The notes below the pieces were generated by a model. It saw only the letters and a list, made by a program, of their open reading frames with translations, ran no database searches and was not told the origin of the DNA. From Chrysomallon squamiferum (lineage: Eukaryota > Animalia > Mollusca), in contig CM022672.1 of NCBI GenBank assembly GCA_012295275.1, forward strand, positions 4,154,001-4,218,000: a stretch of DNA of 64,000 bases, written 5' to 3'. Below, piece after piece: positions 54,577 to 64,000 of this stretch (within the stretch, counting starts at the first letter, position 1; every line of letters starts with the position of its first letter). A program made the position numbers and the translations under genes.

Positions 54577-54943
54577 TTAAAAGCTCTGTTATGTTGTGAT
54601 ATGCGTGTCTGATTGGTGCAAACCTACTGCACCTAATTTGAACGTTAGCATATTACCTCTTACTGCTGTCATGTGACAGGATGTTAGTTTGAATTTTGAA
54701 CTTATTAAGCTTGGTCAGGTAAATGATAAGGAGAGATGTAATGTTAGACTCGGTTTAGATGAGTCTGCATAAGTTTATTGGTGCTGACAGATAGCTAATG
54801 TACTCGTCAGGTGTTAACTTTCTTAGTAAATGCTAACAAAAATGTCGCTATAATGGGGCAGCTTTTTTTATAATATTTTTTTTATTTTACTTTTTTTAAA
54901 AATATTTCAAATGTTATTTTTTTTTTTTTTTTTTTTTTAAATA

Positions 54944-55062
54944 CATTGGATAGGGCAGAGGCTTTGAAATGCGTACACCGTCAATGAAGTTGACATTGTC
55001 TACAGCCTGTCTTAACTGCAACAGTATGTGCCTTTCAAAGCCGCCACCCCCTCAATCCAATG
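54944..55062. mobile_element. MITE (~119 bp) with imperfect TIRs and TA flanks, Tc1/mariner-type target
   Basis: TA|CATTGGATAGGGCAGAGGCTTTGAAA...TTTCAAAGCCGCCACCCCCTCAATCCAATG|TA. Confidence 0.75.
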
Positions 55063-55163
55063 TACTATTATTATTATTTGTCATTAGTTTACTATTATTA
55101 ATAATTACACACACATTTTTTATAATTTCTTAAAAGATATTTAAATTCTATTTTCATAATTTC

Positions 55164-55215
<52 letters not shown>

Positions 55216-55252
55216 GCTGTTGTTTTTATTGTTGTTGTAAGTGACATAATAA
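55063..55252 (+). repeat. Right copy of direct duplication flanking the viral element
   Basis: Same sequence as 50716-50873 with a few substitutions and a longer (ATT)n. Confidence 0.9.
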
Positions 55253-56844
55253 TTATTATCTAAGCATTTGTAAACCAGTTAATTTTAAAATTATAAATAA
55301 TATGTCTGTGTGAGTGTGTGTTAGTGTGTGTGTCCTCTAAATATCCCTAGATCAAACCCATGTGGGTGACCAACTCTTCTGTTTTTAGACTGGTACACAA
55401 CACATATTATGACATAAGTATATGGCGCCAGTCTTTAAGATGAAAGGAACCACAAACTCATTTGTCCATACATTAGAACAAAGATTAAAGACTTGTAATG
55501 GCTTACTGCTTTAAGGCAGAACATTCAGAGTAATAATGCATAACTGTTTTGTTTATTATGCTAATTCAGTGAAATCTGTTATATGTTTTTCTGTCTGTAA
55601 AGAATGAGTAAAACATTCTAAAATGCAGCTATCTTCAAAACTTCCTTTTCTTTCTTTTGTACTCCTATTTATTATTTTTAATTTATAAATTATTTTTTAT
55701 ACAACTTATGTTGTAGTGATTTTTTTTTTAATGTGGAGTTTTATATGAACAATGATAAAATATTGAATATCTGTTGCAATACTTCTCAATCAAATAAAAA
55801 AAAATAATAATAATAATAAAAAAAAAAAATTAAATAAGTAAGTAAATAAATAAATAAATAAAAATAAATAAAAAATAAATAACAACATTAAATAGCAAAG
55901 CTTTTAAGCCATGTATTTTTACCAGTAGAATTTCATACATTAATGTTTTTTGATAATTTAATTTTTTTTTTTTTTTTTTTTTTTTTTTGTTGTTGTTGTT
56001 GTTGTTATTGTTGTTATTGTTATATTATGTTACATTATTGTTTGGTTTGTTTATTTTTTGGATTTATAATGCATTTACTGTTATGTGTGTTTCATTTTAT
56101 TTATGTATTTATTTATTTATTTAATTTTATTTTTTCTAACTTTTTAAAAGTAATATTAATTTTAACCAGTTAAATGATTATTCATAGAGTAATTTAAATA
56201 AAACTTTAGTTAAATGCACAATTTGTCCTGTACTTATAAAAACAACAGTAATAATGTTCTATACTAATGTTTCATCTCCTTTTATGGCATAAAAATGGAA
56301 TTATGGGTAACAGACTGAAATCTTAAACACCAGAACTAATTTCCTCAAAATCTTTAGTCAGTGTGTGAAACAGGAAGTAACTCTTCAAGATCTAAGGGAG
56401 AAAAAAAGAACCAGGTCAAAGTTCAAGGAGAAATCTAAAGCTTTGACATGTGTGACCTGTTCAAAGCAACAAGTGGAACATTGTTATACTTTGTTATACA
56501 AGACCACATTTGATTGGTCAGTTTGAAATAGACTGGTGTTCTTAATAACACTGGTACAGACACCTGTTACATATGTTTGAAATGAACACCATGGTGATTT
56601 AACAGCATGAATGTTTTCTAATTGTTTACCTTCTCTGTAGTTTAGCATAACATTACACTTTAGGGTTCATTCATCCAGTGTGTTCAAACAAGAGCTGTGA
56701 TTTTTCTAATCCCCTATAGCAGCAATGCTTTTAGCATCTCTGATTACACCACTGGCTCCAGTCTGGATGTATATGCTTTCTTTTTACATCAGATTATACT
56801 GGTGTGTTTTGTGTTCACTAAACCCTAATTACTCTCTTAGTATG

Positions 56845-56871
56845 CAATAATAATAACAATAATAATAATAT

Positions 56872-56931
<60 letters not shown>

Positions 56932-56933
56932 AA

Positions 56934-56981
<48 letters not shown>

Positions 56982-57095
56982 TAATAATAATTTAATAATA
57001 ATAATTTCAATAATAATATGTTAATAATAATAATTTCAATAAAAATATGTTAATAATAATTATATTAATAATAATTTCAATAATAATAATAATAA
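56845..57095. repeat. (AAT)n/(AAG)n compound microsatellite
   Basis: Direct reading. Confidence 0.85.
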
Positions 57096-57777
57096 CAAGT
57101 GATCATTTAAATCAGTTAACCTTAATGAACCAAGACATTATAGCTAATAACACAACAACAGGGAGTTTCATTACACCAAGTTTTCTCAGTCAGAGAGCTG
57201 TCAGACCAGAGAATCAAGTGTTAATTTAAACAACCCAAGTGACCAACATCCAACTGGACAATTACCAACACAAAAACCTCGGCCATCATCAACATGAATG
57301 GACACTCACAGGGCCTGTGACCTGACTGTGAAAGTTTTTGTTGTGTGGTCAGATCCCAGTCCTTGGTCCCAGACCTTGGTCCTAGTCCTTGTCACCGAGA
57401 CATGACACCCAGGACAGATGCACGAGACTTGGGTTTGTGTTTCGGTCAAAGGCTGACATGTCCAGTGTGGGCTACAAGTAGTGGACACTGGCCATTGTTG
57501 GCAGGACACAAGAGACACCCCCTTCACCCCTTCAAGGTGTTTGCAAAAAGAACAAATCGGAGATCTCTGCCCCTCTTCCAGAAGTCAAAAAGGGTAATTT
57601 AGATTATACTGAGTAGTGGAAAATGATTTCTCTAAAGCTGGAGAGAAAAGACGGCAAAAACATAAACAGAAATCCATTCATGCAGATATCATATATCAAA
57701 TATTCACATACTGACAAAACGATACACACACCCATATACCCATAAACATATATACTCTCTTTATATGTATATATATA

Positions 57778-57822
<45 letters not shown>

Positions 57823-58067
57823 TAACACATGCACACATACATACATACATATACACATAAATTCTTACATACACTTTATACATTCAAACACTAACATGCA
57901 CACACACACGCACATACATATTAAAACAAACAGACAAAATTCTAATTAATTTTAAATTAACCATTCAATACAGTTTTGAAGAGTTTTATATATTTAAAGA
58001 AATATTATTTTTTTTTAAAATGTATATAAACATTATATTTTATTTAATTAATGTTTTTTTAAATTTT

Positions 58068-58098
<31 letters not shown>

Positions 58099-59091
58099 AC
58101 TTTTCTACCTGGAGAATGAAATTAAACAACACGACAACAAATATAAAAACTGATGCTTGTTTTCTTTTTTTTGTTCAGTATACAGTGTTGTGAAGACACA
58201 GACCCTGTTGATTTTCCATCCCTTAGAGGCTTCCCCATCCCTAATGGACACACCCTTGTTCTTTACCACCTGTTGAACTCAGCAGTGACCAGAGTGACCG
58301 GCAAACAACAACAATGATTGGAGAGAAAAGTTGTGGGTTTTTCTCAGGCTTGTGTTCTAATGAAATCCTCACATCTGATGTTAATTTTCAGCTTTAACTT
58401 TAATAAAATCTTTTAAAATACACAAATAAAGTGTTTAAGTAAATAAAAATGATGTCAGTATTTGACACTGACAGTTTTTCTTAAATTAGAACATTTTAAA
58501 TAAAAATAAGTCTAACATGTTTTAAAATAAAATGTAGAATAATATATTTCTAAAACTAAAAAGTGATCTAATACATTATATTTAAATAAAATTAAGTCTA
58601 GTATGACAAAAAGTAAAATAAATAAAAATGCTGTCTAATATATAATTTTAAAATAAAACTTAGACTAATGTATTAATGAAAATATAATTTAGTCAAGTGT
58701 AATAAAAAGTAAAAAACGTTACTTAAAAATAAACAGTGTGAGTAATTTAAGTCCTATGAAAGCAAACTTTTATCAGTCAAGATTTACCACACATTCAACA
58801 TGGACAGAATGTCTTTGTGACAAATTATTTTATTTAATTAACACAAATCTTCAGTTATTATCTGTTTTACAAATATAGTCTTTTACATACTAATAAAGTG
58901 CATCCTTCATGGTTCAAGCACATTTGTTGTGCACATGATCTCTGATAGAAGCAATGATAATGATACCTCAAAGTTTGTTACAATATTCAAATGAACTAAT
59001 ATATGAATATTCATTGAATAAACTAATCAACATATTTTACTATTAAAACAGCTGCTTTGTATCAAAGATTAATTTGTATCATTACATCAGA

Positions 59092-59292
59092 GAGAAAAGA
59101 AACCTGTTGTAGCAACATCATAGAATATTCTTTTTCATTAAGCAGCAAGAGCTTTTTTCATGGAATACCACAATTTGATAAATCAATCATGAAAGCCCTT
59201 GTTGGACTGTGAAATAAACCAACGTTCAACAGACCAAAAAGTATTGATCCAGTGATCTATGATTTCTCAGATGAGAGCTCTGACCACTGAAC
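59092..59292 (-). mobile_element. Highly decayed tRNA-derived SINE-like remnant
   Basis: Ends in attgatcc...gagctctgaccactgaac (reverse complement of a tRNA-like A/B-box head) then poly-T; body resembles, from memory, gastropod SINE bodies; not verified by search. Confidence 0.3.
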
Positions 59293-59643
59293 TTTTTTTT
59301 TTTTTCAGGTGACACCTCACCTGTACCTCAAATAAGAGACAGGTGTGGACAGGTGTTTTACGATCTCCCTGGTGTCTATTCATGGGAAAGAGGAAGTGGA
59401 CGTTTATGAGGGACACAGAATACCGCTATATATTACACCTGTGCAGAATTCTCAGGTAGAAGCACAATGATGTCTCTCCAGGTGACACAGGCGACCTGCG
59501 GGGAAAAGCTCTGGCTTTGAAAGTGTAATAACACAGCAACTTGTAGGAAATTAAAATCCAAATTAATAGAGGAATTATAAAATGAAATAAAAATACGTTC
59601 CGATTTCAAATGAATGAAAATGGCATTTAATAAAAGCAAAATA

Positions 59644-59765
59644 GAAAATGTAAAGAAAATTATTTATTGTTTAAATTTGGTTAAAGTTGGTTTAATAATA
59701 ACATAAACAAAATATAAAATGTAATGAAAATTATATTTTGTTTAAATTTGGTTAAAGTTGGTTCT
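59644..59765. repeat. Imperfect direct repeat (~50 bp, 2 copies)
   Basis: aaaatgtaa.gaaaattat.t.ttgtttaaatttggttaaagttggtt occurs twice. Confidence 0.75.
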
Positions 59766-59892
59766 AATGGTGAACTATAAAAAAAAAATTAATATGAATT
59801 ATTTAAACAGAACTTAATTTGACCAAAAGAAAATCATACAGAGAAGTTTTAGTGAGAAATAAAACAATATGAAACAAAAAACTTTTAAATAA

Positions 59893-59928
<36 letters not shown>

Positions 59929-61619
59929 GCAAAATAGCATTTAAAAAAAAGTGAAAAACAAAATATGACAGAATAAAATAAAATAAAATAAAATAAAATA
60001 AACTGAAATAAAATTATCAAATGAATTAAATGAAAATAAAAAGTTAAATAATGTAAATAATTTTTTTGCTTTTTGCATTAGCTGTAACAATGAAATGAAA
60101 AGAGCAAAAATTAATATAAAATAAAATAATGTCAAAGAAAAGAAACATAAAACAGAATAAAAGAAAAGAAAAATTCAAACAATTTAAGTTTTTAATTTTG
60201 TATTAGCTTAAAAATTAAAAAAATAAAATAAAATGATATAAAAATAAAGTGAAATAAAAGAAATTAAAACAAAAGAAATTAAATATTCACTTTGAATATT
60301 TTTAAAACAGAAATTGTTATAAAATTAATATTGAAAAATATATATAAATAAAAGAAATGTAAATATATATATAAATAAAATTGAACAATTTTTTTTTTTT
60401 TAAATTTGTCATAACAATGTTAAAAAATTTATAAAAAATTAATTTAAGTAAATAAATAATTTAAAAAAAAATTAATAGAATTTTAAAATATTTTTTTTCT
60501 GAAAACAAGTGATACTGCCTACAGTAAGCAGTGAATTTTCACTAATTAAAAAATAAAAATAAAATTCTGTTAAAACGTTTTCTGAATGCTATTAAAAATA
60601 GGAATTTCAATAATGTAAATAAATAAATAAATAAACAATAAATGTTTTCTAAAAGAAAGTAATAAATAAAAAGAAGAAAAAAAATAGTTTCCAACATTAT
60701 AAATCAAAAATAAACATAAAAACATGTTGTTTTTCTGAACAAACCTATTAAGTTGTTTTTTAAAACCATTTTTAAAGAAACCTAAATTCTTTGAAGTTTA
60801 AAACAAATTAACATAAAAAGTTGCATAATTAAAAAGCAGATTCGGCTTTCAAAAAAAAAGATGAGTTCCTTTATTGTAATGGATACAACTTCTGTTGAAC
60901 AGAAGCATAAATTAAATGATTAAAAAAGTATATCTGTGTGGCAGACATACATTTGTAGAAACAAAAGTCTTACTGAAATCAATGTTCTGTTTCTAAAACA
61001 AATGTAGTTTTTTTTTTCAAAATATATTGATGGGAGAAAACATAAAAATGTTTACTGCAAACTGTTTTGACAGTAGAAAAAACCAAATTTTTCATGTTTC
61101 ATTTTTTTTTTTTTTCACTTTTTATTTTTACATTTTATAAATTACATGAAGAATCCTGGCATATAAAAATCAGATAAATTAGTAAGAACACTCTTAAAGC
61201 AAAACTGCAGAAAATAGACAGCAAAAGCAATTATTTAACAAGAAAAGGTTAAATCTATTTATTTTTAAACTAACAACTCACATAAAATACTGAAAACCAT
61301 TAAATAAATGAATAATTATCCAAAATAAAATGAAAGATTTTTCAAAATTTTTAGTTGGTTTCTAAAATAAAGAACCATAACTATTCACATTCCATTTTCA
61401 TTTTTTTTTTTATAATCATACTTAATTTTTGAATTGTTTTTTAAAATGTTCATAAGCATCAGTTAGCAAAGGTACAGGTATAAACAGAAAAACAAAAACA
61501 AAAACTTTTATTTAGAAAGATTACAGACATGACACAAACAAATGTATCTATGACATTCACTTACATATTTAACTGTTTGTATACTGAATAAATATGTATA
61601 TATTTTTGTATATTTAATT

Positions 61620-61725
61620 GTTTTGTGAGTGTGTTTGTGAGTGTGTTTGTGTTTGTGAATGTGTTTGTGTTTGTGAGTGTGTTTGTGGTTATGTGAGGTG
61701 AATTTGTGTTTGAGGGGGTTTGTAA

Positions 61726-61792
<67 letters not shown>

Positions 61793-61814
61793 AGTGTGTG
61801 TGTTGTGTGTGTGT

Positions 61815-61870
<56 letters not shown>
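61620..61870. repeat. (GT)n / (GTGTTT)n microsatellite
   Basis: Direct reading. Confidence 0.9.
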
Positions 61871-61872
<2 letters not shown>

Positions 61873-63014
61873 ATGTTTATTAATGTCTTAGCAGGTTAAG
61901 TCAATGCATCTGGACCTTTGTAACATCATACATCTTTATCTATTAATCAAAACCTGCAGATTTGTGATTACACATATCAATGAATTCATACACTCATACA
62001 TACATACACAATCACAATAAACTTTTGCACTTCCTAAGATTTGAACAAACCACATTCTACTTTTCTTTCCTCAAGTCATACAAAAAAAAAAACATTATTA
62101 TTTTTATTATTATTATTTTTTGAATATTTACTATAAATAAACAAATGATATTCATATTTAAATTTACTATCTGAATAATAATCTAAGCTAACTGCTGATC
62201 CAAAAAATCCAAAACCTTGCTGGTTTTATCATTCTCACCAACAAGTGGGTTTTATTTCTGACCTGTCCTGACCCCCTCACCCCCTTTCTCTGTCCCCTTT
62301 GTGTGTGCAGGATCTCTCCTTAGCCTGGATATTAAGTGGAAGATTATTATTGTGGTCTCAGGTAGCCCAGACAAATACACAGACATTAGAAAAAGTAATA
62401 GGTGTGTGAGAATTAATGTATCAGGTGAGAGAGAGAAAGACAATTTAAAATCACTTGAAAGTTCATGTCTGTGATTTATATATATATATATGATCGAAAC
62501 AGATGTGAATTTTATATACAAGTATGTATATATGTATTTATCTATGTATGTAGGCTCAAAACAAACATGAATTTTATATACATGTACATTTGTGTGTACC
62601 TATATACAACACACAGTGAGAAGTAAAATATACGTAATAATTATAAAGATAATAAAACAAATCCTTAGATATATATATACACATCTCCAGTGAAAATTGA
62701 AATATGTCAGACTTTGGCACATTATCTTACATGACTCCAGTAGACGTGTGTTTACAGCCAGTATAAAGTAATGACAATCGCGATGTGCTTACACTGTGAG
62801 AATTAAGGTTTAATCCTGCAGTTTGTGTCTGTTTAGTGCAGTTAGGTGATTGAGAGAAACTGATCTGAGGAAATTCTGAGAACGTCTGGGTGAAAGTTAT
62901 TGCATATCTCTGTATAAACATGAGTTATTATTTTACACGTAAACACACACACATGTATCATATACGTACATACATTAATATACATAAATACATGAAAAAT
63001 AACATTCATAACAC

Positions 63015-63292
63015 AGAGCATTTGTAACATGCAGCATTTCAAACAGGGATCATTTCTAACACAGAACCTCAAACTGGGACCATTTTTGACATACACCATT
63101 TAAACCAGGGACTAATATAGCACTTCAAAGTGGGACCACTTCTTGCAATGATCACCATGAAAAATGAACCATTTCTAACATCTAGCATTTTACACAGGGG
63201 CCATTTCTAACAGTGAACCTCAGACTAGGGGCCATTTGTAACACTGACCACCGCAGACAAGAGGTTTTTCATGCACCACTTCAAAGTGGGAT
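63015..63292. repeat. Degenerate ~30-bp tandem repeat
   Basis: Recurring (a)ca(a/g)ac(a/t)ggg(a/g)ccatttctaaca unit. Confidence 0.6.
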
Positions 63293-64000
63293 GGATTCTG
63301 ACATGGGACCTCTTCAACATTTATGGTCCCACAAAGAATGGCTGCCAAAAGATGACTGGATGTAAGCAAACAGGGGGATTTTCTCAAGTGAGTGAGCAGC
63401 ACAATGAAGTGAAACTCAGTGGAGCAGTTTGTCAACAGGTCATTACCGTGACAGATGTTTCCACAAACAAGGCAGACAAGATGGTCGTCCACCTAGGAAA
63501 CTGCCATTGTGATTTATTGGTGCCAGTTCATGAAGATAATTTAACCCTTTTTTGAAAGTCATACTCCAGGTATGAAGATGTGATGGATGGCTAGAATGAA
63601 TGAATGAATGAATGAATGAAATAAAGGAGAGAATGAATTAAAAAAAAGAAAAAGAATGAACTAAAGATGAAATTTTTTTTTAATGATTTAATGAAAAAGA
63701 AAAATAATCAATAAATCAACCAATCAATCAATAAATCAGTCAGACAGCTGGTTAATCAATCAGTGAGTTAGTCTGTAGTTTAATGTTAACTCTTTATATT
63801 TTTATATTAACTGCTGTGTTTCATTCATTTGAATTTTAAATAATAGTACAGGAGAAAAAAGCCAAAGAAGCAAATTTTTGGTTTCTTTTATTAAATTACT
63901 TGTTTATTTTCTTCCTCACTTTATTTCTGTTGTTTTTGTTGTGTTTATTTATTCACCTAAATTCACCTTAACAGAGATTCCGCTCAGAATATACCTAACT

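Larger units (their letters stand above)
50875..54862 (-). mobile_element. Endogenous viral element, parvovirus-like (capsid-bearing, no recognisable NS1/Rep)
   Basis: Abrupt shift to higher-GC, CpG-containing, repeat-free sequence with strong A/C skew on the - strand; intronless capsid-like ORF plus two decayed ORFs; flanked by a direct duplication. Confidence 0.8.

Noticed and set aside
50716-55252. LTR retrotransposon interpretation of the flanking direct repeats
   Set aside because: No TG...CA ends, PBS or PPT, and no gag/pol; the repeats have host-like AT-rich microsatellite composition.

Overview
Very AT-rich, microsatellite-laden eukaryotic (invertebrate animal, probably molluscan; inference) genomic DNA with spliceosomal introns. 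Most ORF-track entries are simple-repeat artefacts. Three real things are present. (1) + strand, 518-12730: the last 14 visible exons of a coiled-coil + FN3 + SH3 protein of RIMS-binding-protein type; the 5' end lies outside the window. (2) - strand, 18530-~29071: 13 complete exons and one truncated exon of a cytosolic purine 5'-nucleotidase (NT5C2/cN-II), convergent with gene 1; its N-terminal exons are not found in the 35 kb upstream. (3) ~50875-54862: a ~4 kb, GC-richer, strand-skewed endogenous viral element. It has an uninterrupted ~600-codon parvovirus-like capsid ORF between two decayed same-strand genes, an internal TATA promoter, hairpin-like left-end sequence and no recognisable NS1/Rep. 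It is bracketed by a ~160-190 bp direct duplication whose right copy starts exactly at the end of a TA-flanked MITE. The rest of 29-64 kb is gene-poor, with minisatellites and clusters of E2-box and TAATC motifs.
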